A stretch of DNA of 64,000 bases. It comes from Candidatus Komeilibacteria bacterium RIFOXYD1_FULL_37_29 (GTDB lineage: Bacteria; Patescibacteriota; Patescibacteriia; UBA1558; GWA2-36-10). The notes under the pieces are model-generated. The model saw only the letters and a program-made list of their open reading frames with translations. It did not search any database and had not been told where the DNA came from. A program made the position numbers and the translations under genes. How positions within the stretch are numbered: the stretch's first letter is position 1; each line of letters begins with the position of its first letter. Below are positions 19,376 through 28,406 of the stretch, piece after piece. The DNA is taken from contig MHKS01000005.1 in the NCBI GenBank assembly GCA_001818495.1, positions 323,890 through 387,889 on the forward strand. The letters run 5' to 3'.

Positions 19376-20736
19376 TAGCGTCCCAAAGTTTTATTAAAAA
19401 TAGTGTTGATAGTTTTGAGTATAATAGAAATGTCCAGGGCGATAGAACGATTTTTGATATAAAATAAATCGTATTGTAATTTTTCTTTAGCGTCTTCAAC
19501 ACTGGCTCCGTAGGGAAAATTTATCTGGGCCCAGCCGCTTAGTCCTGGTTTAACTAGGTGTCTTTCATTGTAAAAGGGGATTGATTGTTTGAGGGTATCT
19601 ACAAACTCGGGTCTTTCGGGACGTGGGCCGACAAAACTCATATTACCTTTTAAAATATTGATAAATTGCGGTATTTCATCGATTCTGGTTTTACGTATAA
19701 ATTTTCCAATTTTAGTAACCCGAGAGTCGTTTTCTTTAGCCCACTGGGCGCCGTTGGTTTCAGCATTGGCAGTCATGGAACGGAGTTTGTAAACAGTAAA
19801 TATTTTATTATTTAAACCCACTCTAGTTTGTTTGTAAATAAGTGGTCCTTTTGATTCCAATTTGATGGCCAGGGCTATAAAAGGGAGTATCAGTAAAGAC
19901 AGTAGACCAAAAAATGCCGACAATAATATATCGATAATCCTTTTAGTGACCGCTACCCATTGTTGATTTTTGTGCGTGATATTTTCCAAAAACCAATGGC
20001 GCTCCAAGGAACTGATTGGTACTTTGCCGGTAATTTTTTCGTAAAAATCTGTTAGATTGAAGTATTGAATTTTTAAATCTATGTTTTCAAATAAATAACG
20101 AGCTACCTCGGGGCTGTATTTTGGATCATTGACCGCTACCACAATGTTTATTTTATGCTCCAATATTTTATGGCGCATTTCACTGATATCTCGAGTAATA
20201 TCCAGTGTTTTAAATTTTTCTGGAATATCTGACAAATCAGGATTGATTATTAACTTGAGCTTGTAACCCAATTGTGGTTTGGCCAGTATTTCTTCAGCCA
20301 AAAGTAGCGATTCGCTATTTATGCCGATAATAGATAAACTATCACCCAATCTGTCACTAGAAATAAGTTTGTAGAAAATTTTTCTCCAGAGTAGGAAAAG
20401 AATGGCAAAGACAGCCACTAGTATCAGTAAGATGGTTTGCGGTCTGATGCCGGTCACAGTACCAACCAAATAAAAGAATAATATAGCCAAGAGGCCGTTG
20501 ATAAATAGATTTTGTACCAAGGCACCATAAAATTTAAAGCCTTGTTGGACTTTGTTTATTTCATATAAGCCATTTATAAAGAAAACAATAATCCAAACCG
20601 CAAAGACAATAGAAAATGGACCAAGGTGTTTAAGCCATAGTTCTTGATCAAGATAAGAAAAGCGCAGCCATAGAGTGATAGCTAGCGCACTATAAAGCAA
20701 TAGCAAATCTCCGATTAAAAGGATTATTTTCCGCAT
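19375..20736 (-). CDS. Polyprenyl-phosphate hexose-1-phosphate transferase (WbaP/CpsE-like initiating bacterial sugar transferase)
   Basis: C-terminal catalytic domain KIFTVYKLRSM...RIDEIPQFINILKGNMSFVGPRPERPEF; N-terminal TM helices. Confidence 0.8.
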   Translation of the reverse strand: MRKIILLIGDLLLLYSALAITLWLRFSYLDQELWLKHLGPFSIVFAVWIIVFFINGLYEINKVQQGFKFYGALVQNLFINGLLAILFFYLVGTVTGIRPQTILLILVAVFAILFLLWRKIFYKLISSDRLGDSLSIIGINSESLLLAEEILAKPQLGYKLKLIINPDLSDIPEKFKTLDITRDISEMRHKILEHKINIVVAVNDPKYSPEVARYLFENIDLKIQYFNLTDFYEKITGKVPISSLERHWFLENITHKNQQWVAVTKRIIDILLSAFFGLLSLLILPFIALAIKLESKGPLIYKQTRVGLNNKIFTVYKLRSMTANAETNGAQWAKENDSRVTKIGKFIRKTRIDEIPQFINILKGNMSFVGPRPERPEFVDTLKQSIPFYNERHLVKPGLSGWAQINFPYGASVEDAKEKLQYDLFYIKNRSIALDISIILKTINTIFNKTLGR

Positions 20737-20907
20737 GATATTTTTAAATAATGACTATATTATAATAAGAAATATCAGTTTTTGTCAATAAAATATGTTT
20801 GTAATCCATTATTGATGCGTGGTATAATTTAGCTGATTTTAATGCTTTTTTCTATTAGTCTATTGCTCCATTAATTATTAAAATATGGTTATTCTATAAA
20901 GGTAGCT

Positions 20908-22536
20908 ATGAAAAAAAGATATTTATTAATTTTTTCATTTATTATCGCAATTTTTGGTATTGGTTATGGATTGCCGATGCATTTTATTGGCGATGAAGAA
21001 TCTCTAATTGGTGGTGCTATAAAAATGATGGAGTTAAAAAATCTTTTTCCAGTTTTAGCTCCAGAACAACTTAAACTTTTATATTATCCGCCCATCATAC
21101 CATATTTGTATATCCTAGCATTTTTACCAGTCATTATTTTCAAATTTTTTGTTAGCGGTTTCGATTTGTTGTCTCTCAAAGACTATTTTGTCACGGATTT
21201 AGATTTACTTTGGATTAGCGCCAGATTGACCACGGCAGTTTTTTCTATCGGAATCTTAGTAATAGTCTATCAAATATCTAAAATAGTTTTTTCAAAAAAA
21301 TCTGCTTATTTATCCACGGCTTTACTCGCTTTTAGTTTTTTTCATGTGCTTTTATCTAGTGTGGCTCGTCATTGGATATTTACAGTATTTTTAGTTTACT
21401 TGATTATATTGTTAACTTTATGGTTTGTTCATGGGCATATCAAAAAATATTGGTTGATTGGTCTGGCGGTGGGCGTGGCCATGGGTACCTCTTACGTTAC
21501 ATTTTTGGTTTTACCTTTAGTAGTTTTAATTTTATGGTTTTATCGTCAGCAAATTATAAATCCAATTAAAAAAATATTAATAAATATTTCTTTAGCTTTG
21601 GCCGTTGGAGCTCCTTTGGTTTTTATAAATTTGCCAGATTTACTTCGTTTTAAGTATGGTGGTGATCTTTTGGGTGAGCCTCTTAAAAAGAGTTTTGTTG
21701 GATTTTTGTATCACCTGGTGCAAGTAGTTACTGTTTTGTTTAATCAAGAATTACTGATATTATTTTTGGCAATTTTCGCTTTGTTGTTATGGAAGCGTAA
21801 TATTAAAATTAAAATTTTTATCTCCTTTTTCATTTTTATATATTGTTTTGTTTTATACTATTTTCTTCATTTTGAGGGTAGATATATTTATTTTGTGATG
21901 CCAGCTCTGGCTATTTTGTCAGCAGATTTTTTAGTGTATTTATCTGAAAAAATACCTAATCTCAAAGTATATTATTTTTTGCTTATTTTATTATTTTTAT
22001 GGCCGGCACTGGGGATATTTCATTATAAACGTTTACTTTTGGTTGATGACACCAGAGAATTGGCTGTCCAATATATCGAACAAGAAATTTCCGATAAAGA
22101 ATTTTTGTTGTCGTCACCTCATATACGTTTGCCTAGAAGTTACGATAGTTTGACTTTGGCACAGGAGCAGGGGCATATCAATGCTACCGAAACATATATA
22201 TATAACAATTATGATCGGTTGGCTAATAATTTTGAAAAAAAATATAATTATCAAAATATACATTTTTGGAAAGAGGATTTAAAAAATCAGGCTTCGTTGG
22301 AAGAGTATATTGATAAACACGAAACTGTTTATTTTGTGTTGGAATACTGGAGTGATGATGGTTTAGAAGATTATTATAGTTATTTGCGTAAAAATGCAAA
22401 GTTAGTTAAGATATTTAGGCAATCAAATTTGGGTAGGGATTATAATGTTGCCAATGGCAATTTTTGGGCTTTTAATACAATTTTGTTTAAATTGGACAGA
22501 TTGGGCCCCAGCGTAGAAATATATCAATTAAAATAA
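20908..22536 (+). CDS. GT-C fold membrane glycosyltransferase (ArnT/PMT-like, GT39/GT83-type)
   Basis: ~11 TM N-terminal domain followed by a soluble C-terminal domain; paired with the adjacent polyprenol-phosphate-sugar synthase. Confidence 0.5.
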   Translation: MKKRYLLIFSFIIAIFGIGYGLPMHFIGDEESLIGGAIKMMELKNLFPVLAPEQLKLLYYPPIIPYLYILAFLPVIIFKFFVSGFDLLSLKDYFVTDLDLLWISARLTTAVFSIGILVIVYQISKIVFSKKSAYLSTALLAFSFFHVLLSSVARHWIFTVFLVYLIILLTLWFVHGHIKKYWLIGLAVGVAMGTSYVTFLVLPLVVLILWFYRQQIINPIKKILINISLALAVGAPLVFINLPDLLRFKYGGDLLGEPLKKSFVGFLYHLVQVVTVLFNQELLILFLAIFALLLWKRNIKIKIFISFFIFIYCFVLYYFLHFEGRYIYFVMPALAILSADFLVYLSEKIPNLKVYYFLLILLFLWPALGIFHYKRLLLVDDTRELAVQYIEQEISDKEFLLSSPHIRLPRSYDSLTLAQEQGHINATETYIYNNYDRLANNFEKKYNYQNIHFWKEDLKNQASLEEYIDKHETVYFVLEYWSDDGLEDYYSYLRKNAKLVKIFRQSNLGRDYNVANGNFWAFNTILFKLDRLGPSVEIYQLK

Positions 22537-22540
22537 ATTT

Positions 22541-23488
22541 ATGAAATTATCTATTGTTTTGCCAATTTATAATGAAGAAGAAAACCTCAGATTACTTTAT
22601 GATCAGCTTATTAGCCCTTTAAATAAATTGGGAGAAAAATATGAAATTGTTTGTGTCAATGATGGATCATCTGATAATAGTTGGGGGGTCTTAAAAGATT
22701 TGGCTAGCCAGGATAGTAATGTAAAAGTGGTTAATTTTAAAAATAATTTTGGACAAACCGCCGCTATGTCCGCCGGTATAAAATTTTCTCAGGGAGAAAT
22801 AATTATACCAATGGATGCGGATTTACAAAATGATCCGGCCGATATTTACAAATTTTTAGAAAAAATAAATGAAGGTTTTGATGTGGTGTCTGGCTGGAGA
22901 AAAAATAGACAAGATACTCTCATTAGTCGTAAACTGCCTTCTTGGATTGCCAATTGGATTATTGGTAAGATTACTGGCGTAAAAATTCATGATTACGGCT
23001 GTTCTATGAAAGCTTATAAAAGAGAAATTATAAAAGATGTTAATCTTTATGGTGAAATGCATCGTTTTATACCGGCTTATGCTTCGTGGCAAGGAGCCAA
23101 AGTTACAGAGATAGTTGTAAATCATCATCCTCGCATTCATGGGCAGACCAAATACGGCCTAGGCAGAACTTTTAAAGTCGTTTTAGATTTAATAGTTGTA
23201 AAATTTTTATCGGTTTATATGAACAGGCCGATTCACTTTTTCGGGGGTTTAGGTTTTATGTCCTTGTTTTTAGGAATAGTAATTGGTATTATGGCTGTCT
23301 TGCTTAGAATTTTTGAAATAAAATATATTGTGGAAACTCCCTTACCTACTTTGTCGGCTCTTTTGGTTATTGTCGGTGTTCAACTGATAGCCATGGGCAT
23401 TTTAGCAGAGATGATTATGCGAACTTATTATGAGTCACAGCATAAAGAACCTTATATTATAAAAGACAAAATTAATTTTACTGATTAA
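22541..23488 (+). CDS. GT2 polyprenol-phosphate sugar synthase (ArnC/GtrB/DPM1-like)
   Basis: LSIVLPIYNEEENL...VCVNDGSSDNS...DADLQNDP (DxD) plus two C-terminal TM helices, the typical GtrB/ArnC architecture. Confidence 0.7.
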   Translation: MKLSIVLPIYNEEENLRLLYDQLISPLNKLGEKYEIVCVNDGSSDNSWGVLKDLASQDSNVKVVNFKNNFGQTAAMSAGIKFSQGEIIIPMDADLQNDPADIYKFLEKINEGFDVVSGWRKNRQDTLISRKLPSWIANWIIGKITGVKIHDYGCSMKAYKREIIKDVNLYGEMHRFIPAYASWQGAKVTEIVVNHHPRIHGQTKYGLGRTFKVVLDLIVVKFLSVYMNRPIHFFGGLGFMSLFLGIVIGIMAVLLRIFEIKYIVETPLPTLSALLVIVGVQLIAMGILAEMIMRTYYESQHKEPYIIKDKINFTD

Positions 23489-25353
23489 TGTGTGGTATTG
23501 CCGGTTACCTTGGTTATGGTAATCAAAAAATATTAGAAGAAATGACAAATACTCTTTATCATCGGGGTCCCGATGATAAAGGTTTTTTACTAGACGGAAA
23601 AGTGGGATTAGGACATCGTCGTTTGTCTATTATTGACCTGAGTCACTCTGGTCATCAACCAATGTCCAATGAAGATGGATCAATCCAGATTGTTTTAAAT
23701 GGCGAGATTTATAATTACTTAGATTTAAAGAAACAGTTAAAAAATAAACACCAATTTGTTAGCCAGACTGATACAGAAATTATTATTCATTTATATGAGG
23801 AAGTCGGTGAGCGAGTATTTCAATATCTTAGTGGTATGTTTGCTCTGGCTATTTATGATAAAAACAAGCAGAAATTGATTTTGGCCAGAGACAGAATGGG
23901 TAAAAAACCTTTATATTGGGCCAAATTTGAAGATACACTGATGTTTTCTTCCGAATTAAAATCCTTGATTAAACATCCAAAATTTAAAAAAGAGCTTAAT
24001 TTAGAGGCTTTGAATAAGTATTTGCGTTATGAATATGTGCCCACCCCACATTCCATATTTAAAAATGTCTATAAATTGGAGCCTGGCCATTATTTAGAAT
24101 ATGATGGACAAAATATAAAAAAAGTAAAATTTTGGGATGTTAGTTTTCAGGCAACGGATTTGAGTTTTGATCAGGCTGTCAGTAAACTGGATGAAAAAAT
24201 CAATCAGGCTACAAAAATCAGACTAGTCAGTGATGTACCACTGGGGGTATTTCTAAGTGGTGGTATTGATAGTAGTTTGGTGACTTATTATGCACAAAAA
24301 AATAGTTTACAGAAGATAAAAACATTTTCCATTGGTTTTAAGGAAAAGAGTTTCGACGAATCAGATTATGCTAAGCAGGTAGCCGATTATTTAGGTACCG
24401 ATCATCAGCAAGCTATTTTATCAGCTCAGGATTCCTTGGAATTTATTCCGCAAATTGCCGATTTATTGGACGAACCCATGGCCGATCCGTCCATCGTGCC
24501 CACATATTTATTATCAAAATTTACCAAACAGCAGGTTACTGTAGCCTTAGGTGGAGACGGGGGAGATGAATTATTTTTAGGCTATGACACTTTTGTGGCT
24601 CAGCGTTATGCCGATATTTATGATAAAGCACCGATGTTTTTGAGAAAACTTATAGCCAAAGCTACCAGCGGCCTGCCGAGCTCTTTTAGTAATATTAGTT
24701 TGGATTTTAAAATAAAAAAATTTACCCAGGATTTTGAAGGAAATAGAATGTATCGTCATCATCGTTGGTTGGGCTCTTTTGATTATAATCAGAAAGCGAA
24801 TTTATTCACTGAGGATATTTGGCGCAATCTAAAAAATAACAACGAATTTGATGATCTTGATAATTATTTAAAAATTTTCAAGGAGAATAATTATTATAAA
24901 AAATTAATTTATTTTTATTTTAAAACTTATTTATTAGATGATATTTTAGTAAAAATAGATAGAGCTAGTATGTTTAATGCTTTGGAAGTTCGGGCTCCTT
25001 TATTGGATTATAATGTAGTGGATTTTGCTAATTCTTTGCCACTAGATTATAAATTAAAAGGTACAGAAACAAAATATATCCTTAAAAAATTGATGTCTGG
25101 TAAATTGCCAGATGATATCATTTATCGCAAAAAAAAGGGTTTTGGTATGCCCATTGCTTCTTGGTTAAGCAATGAATTAAAGCCGCTGGTGCAAACATTA
25201 TTAGCTCCAGACAAGATAAAACAAGAGGGTTTGTTTAATTATAAATATATAGAGAAATTATTAAATAATCATTTTGAAAAAAAACAAGATAATCGTAAGT
25301 TGATCTGGACGCTTCTAGTATTTGAAATGTGGAGAGAAAAATGGTTTAATTAA
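23488..25353 (+). CDS. asnB: Asparagine synthetase (glutamine-hydrolysing) family amidotransferase, probably a glycan/uronate amidating enzyme
   Basis: N-terminal MCGIAGY (Cys2 nucleophile); PP-loop SGGIDSS; start overlaps the upstream stop (TAATG) within the glycan operon. Confidence 0.8.
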   Translation: MCGIAGYLGYGNQKILEEMTNTLYHRGPDDKGFLLDGKVGLGHRRLSIIDLSHSGHQPMSNEDGSIQIVLNGEIYNYLDLKKQLKNKHQFVSQTDTEIIIHLYEEVGERVFQYLSGMFALAIYDKNKQKLILARDRMGKKPLYWAKFEDTLMFSSELKSLIKHPKFKKELNLEALNKYLRYEYVPTPHSIFKNVYKLEPGHYLEYDGQNIKKVKFWDVSFQATDLSFDQAVSKLDEKINQATKIRLVSDVPLGVFLSGGIDSSLVTYYAQKNSLQKIKTFSIGFKEKSFDESDYAKQVADYLGTDHQQAILSAQDSLEFIPQIADLLDEPMADPSIVPTYLLSKFTKQQVTVALGGDGGDELFLGYDTFVAQRYADIYDKAPMFLRKLIAKATSGLPSSFSNISLDFKIKKFTQDFEGNRMYRHHRWLGSFDYNQKANLFTEDIWRNLKNNNEFDDLDNYLKIFKENNYYKKLIYFYFKTYLLDDILVKIDRASMFNALEVRAPLLDYNVVDFANSLPLDYKLKGTETKYILKKLMSGKLPDDIIYRKKKGFGMPIASWLSNELKPLVQTLLAPDKIKQEGLFNYKYIEKLLNNHFEKKQDNRKLIWTLLVFEMWREKWFN

Positions 25354-25359
25354 CAGCAT

Positions 25360-25935
25360 ATGAATGATAGCAAAAAGTTAAATTTAGGAGCGGGTGAGGA
25401 TAGGCAAGATGGTTATATTAATATAGATTGGAATGATTTGACCAAGCCTGATATTAAACATAATTTAAATCAATTTCCTTATCCATTCCCCGATAGTCAT
25501 TTTGATGAAATATTAGCTTCACACATTTTAGAACATTTAGATAGACCATTTCAAGTGATGACGGAGTTGCACAGAATTTTAAAACCCAACGGACATTTGA
25601 TAATTAAGGTTCCGCATTTTAGTCGTGGTTTTACTCATGCTGAACATAATCATGGTTTTGATGTGTCTTTCCCCAAATATTTTGATAAGAATTTCACTAA
25701 ATCGGGTTTTTACGGTGTGGAATTTGAGTTACAAGATCTGAAATTACATTGGGCGGCTTTTAGCCATTTGCTTACTTATTATGGCTATGGAAAAGGCCTG
25801 ACGGCAGTGATAAGATTTTTGAGCTTTATATTTTCTTTTTTAGCCAACCTCAGTCCAAATTTTTGTAGCCGAGTTTGGTGTTTTTGGGTGGGAGGATTTG
25901 AAGAAATAAGATTTAAATTTATTTGTAAAAAATAA
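25360..25935 (+). CDS. Class I SAM-dependent methyltransferase (Methyltransf_11)
   Basis: LGAGEDRQDGYINID ... ILASHILEHL ... LKPNGHLIIKVP. Confidence 0.6.
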   Translation: MNDSKKLNLGAGEDRQDGYINIDWNDLTKPDIKHNLNQFPYPFPDSHFDEILASHILEHLDRPFQVMTELHRILKPNGHLIIKVPHFSRGFTHAEHNHGFDVSFPKYFDKNFTKSGFYGVEFELQDLKLHWAAFSHLLTYYGYGKGLTAVIRFLSFIFSFLANLSPNFCSRVWCFWVGGFEEIRFKFICKK

Positions 25936-25936
25936 A

Positions 25937-26701
25937 ATGTCATCTAGTGAACGTTTTGGTTATGAGTGGGATAAGTATAATAAAGTAGATCCTATTTATG
26001 CAGAACAATTTAAAAATTGGGTTTATCCTTTAAATAAGGAATTTTTTAAAGATCAGAAAGTTTTAGATGCCGGTTGTGGTATGGGACGTAATAGTTTATG
26101 GCCACTACAGTGGGGTGCCTCAGAACTTTTGGCTTTTGATTTTGATAAGCGTTCTGTTAAAGCTGCTCAAGAAAATTTAAAGAATTTTCACAACGCTAAA
26201 GTAGTTTATCAGAGTATTTATGATGTAGATTTTAGTGATTATTTTGATATAGTTTTTAGTATTGGAGTTATCCATCATCTTAAAGATCCTAAACAGGCTT
26301 TGAAAAATCTAGTTAAATCTTTGAAGCCCGATGGTACATTGTTGGTTTGGGTGTATAGTTATGAAGGTAACGAATGGCTTGTCAGAATTATTGATCCAAT
26401 TAGGAAAAATATTACCTCCAAGCTTCCTCTCAATTTGGTTCATTTCCTAAGTTATTTTTGTTCTATCCCTCTTTATATTTTTGTAAAAATATTTAAAGGA
26501 CCAAGCGGTTATTTAAAACAAATTTCTAATTTTAATTTTTGGCATATCCATAGTATAGTTTTTGATCAGCTTATTCCGGAGGTGGCTAACTATTGGAAAA
26601 AGTCCGAAGTCAATGATTTGTTTAGTGAGTTAGATTTAAAAGACCTAGATGTGCATCAACCACCGAATAAATCTGGCTGGGTTATTATCGGTAGAAAATA
26701 A
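25937..26701 (+). CDS. Class I SAM-dependent methyltransferase
   Basis: VLDAGCGMGRNS ... DIVFSIGVIHHL ... LKPDGTLLVWVY. Confidence 0.6.
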   Translation: MSSSERFGYEWDKYNKVDPIYAEQFKNWVYPLNKEFFKDQKVLDAGCGMGRNSLWPLQWGASELLAFDFDKRSVKAAQENLKNFHNAKVVYQSIYDVDFSDYFDIVFSIGVIHHLKDPKQALKNLVKSLKPDGTLLVWVYSYEGNEWLVRIIDPIRKNITSKLPLNLVHFLSYFCSIPLYIFVKIFKGPSGYLKQISNFNFWHIHSIVFDQLIPEVANYWKKSEVNDLFSELDLKDLDVHQPPNKSGWVIIGRK

Positions 26702-26757
26702 TATTTTATACTTTTTGAGTGTTGACAGAGAGCTCTGAGTCAAGGGTTCTTTTTATT

Positions 26758-26786
26758 TTGTTGTAAAAGGCAAAATGTGTTATAAT
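26758..26786 (+). promoter_or_regulatory. Sigma70-like promoter with extended -10 (TTGTTG-17-TGT-TATAAT) upstream of the chemosensory/pilus operon
   Basis: Read directly from the sequence; ~55 nt upstream of the GTG start at 26840. Confidence 0.45.
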
Positions 26787-26839
26787 TTATTTGCCTACCT
26801 GTTTATAAATAGGCCGGAAAAACAAAAATAAATTACCCA

Positions 26840-27982
26840 GTGAAAGTATTTGAAACGAAAATTTATCTAAGGTTTTTATCTTGGTTTATTGCCGTAGCTT
26901 TTTGGCCCTTAGCAGCCTTATTTAGTCTCATATATTTTTTTGACCCCATGTTGTTTAGATCGGTATTTTCTGAATCCAGAGATACCGTTTTATTTGTCAT
27001 TTTTGTATCTTTAGCGGTAGTTTTATTACTATCTTTACTAGCTACCAGACTATTATCTCAGTCAATTACTAAACCAATTAAAATATCGGTTTTGGAGTTA
27101 TCTAAAGTAGTGGATAATCTATTCAAAACTATTCAAAATCTCTCTGAGATAACCCAAAATAATAGTAGCCTATCGCAATCTTTATTAGCGAGCAGCCAGA
27201 CGCAACAAGACGGATTAAAGACCGGTAACAAAGCTGTCCTAGATATCGCCAAATCTTTAAACGAAGTAGCTCAAAAAACCAAATCGGCCTCAGTCAAAGC
27301 TCGTAACGTTGATAAATTGGCCGGTGAAAGTGACGAGAAATCAAAAGAAGCTCTGGATAGTTTGGTGGTAGTGAAGCAGCTTTTAACCGAAAATCAAAAA
27401 TTAAGTCAAGCCTTAGATAAATATGCTAGCGATGTCAAAGATGTGGCTGGTCGGGTGGTAGCTTTGGCGGAGACAGTCAAGTTTCTTAGTTTAAATGTTT
27501 CTATTGAAGCCAGCAAAAATTCTTTTAGTGAAGATTTTTCCGAATTGGTTTCTCAAATTAGGGAGTTAAATATTGTCAGTGAACAGGCTGCTAACGCCAT
27601 TGGAGCTTTGGCCTCTAAGATGCAAAAGCAAATTGAGCAATCAAAAGACAGTTCTGATTACCAATGGAAAGAGACCACCAAAACGATTAGTGTGGTCAGT
27701 CAAACTATTATGTTTTTGGGCAAAATTGCTGAAAATATGACCCAAATATCTCAAAATGTCCAAGTAATTGATCAAGAGGCTCAAGAAACCAAAAACGATG
27801 CTCAAGACATTAGTAACATGATCAAGAAATTGAGTTCGGAAGCCAAAGCTCTAGTTGGCAATGTCGATGTAGTGATGCATACGATCAATCGGCAGGTATC
27901 TATTACCAAAGCTTTAAATGTATCTTCATCAGCCCTTAATGCCGTTACTAAAACTCTTAACGATTTAGTAGGAGAAAAATAA
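26840..27982 (+). CDS. Divergent methyl-accepting chemotaxis protein (MCP)-like transducer with two N-terminal TM helices and no periplasmic sensor domain
   Basis: GTG start per the ORF track. Two TMs separated by ~15 aa. A cytoplasmic coiled coil with LSLNVSIEASKNS...FSELVSQIRELN resembles the MCP signalling tip LALNAAIEAAR...FAVVADEVRKLA. Confidence 0.5.
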   Translation: MKVFETKIYLRFLSWFIAVAFWPLAALFSLIYFFDPMLFRSVFSESRDTVLFVIFVSLAVVLLLSLLATRLLSQSITKPIKISVLELSKVVDNLFKTIQNLSEITQNNSSLSQSLLASSQTQQDGLKTGNKAVLDIAKSLNEVAQKTKSASVKARNVDKLAGESDEKSKEALDSLVVVKQLLTENQKLSQALDKYASDVKDVAGRVVALAETVKFLSLNVSIEASKNSFSEDFSELVSQIRELNIVSEQAANAIGALASKMQKQIEQSKDSSDYQWKETTKTISVVSQTIMFLGKIAENMTQISQNVQVIDQEAQETKNDAQDISNMIKKLSSEAKALVGNVDVVMHTINRQVSITKALNVSSSALNAVTKTLNDLVGEK

Positions 27983-27983
27983 T

Positions 27984-28406
27984 ATGGCAGTCAGAACAGA
28001 AAAGTTTATATTATTTTATCTTGGTGGAGAAAAATATGCCTTACCGGCTTTATCGGCTAATCAGTTTATTGAGTTTAGTGATTTAGCTTTGGTGCCCAAG
28101 GCCGATCAGGATATCAGGGGCTTGATTTATCATAACGGCAATATTATTACTATTATTGATTTGAAGAGAGTTTTAAAGATTGTATCACCAAAACGAGAAG
28201 CTTCTCACATGTGTCTTACTTTTGAATACGGTGGGTATTATTATGGTCTATTGGTTGATCAAGGTGATGAGACTTTAGCAGTCAAAAATATTTCCAGTGA
28301 TAGACAAAGGCCAGTGTTTAAAAGATATTTTACAACGCCGGATAAAAAAAGAATTTATATTTTGGATATTGAGGAAGTATTGTCCCAAATAAATATTTAT
28401 GATTAG
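27984..28406 (+). CDS. cheW: CheW-like coupling protein
   Basis: Single CheW domain (FILFYLGGEKYALPALSANQFIEF...IRGLIYHNGNIITIIDLKRVL); good RBS GGAGAAAAA. Confidence 0.7.
   Translation: MAVRTEKFILFYLGGEKYALPALSANQFIEFSDLALVPKADQDIRGLIYHNGNIITIIDLKRVLKIVSPKREASHMCLTFEYGGYYYGLLVDQGDETLAVKNISSDRQRPVFKRYFTTPDKKRIYILDIEEVLSQINIYD

Noticed and set aside
26702-26757. Palindromic sequence TTGACAGAGAGCTCTGAGTCAA after the last methyltransferase gene
   Set aside because: Contains the 8-nt palindrome AGAGCTCT and flanking TTGAC/GTCAA arms followed by TTCTTTTT. It could be a terminator or a protein-binding palindrome, but the stem register is ambiguous, so it is not called.
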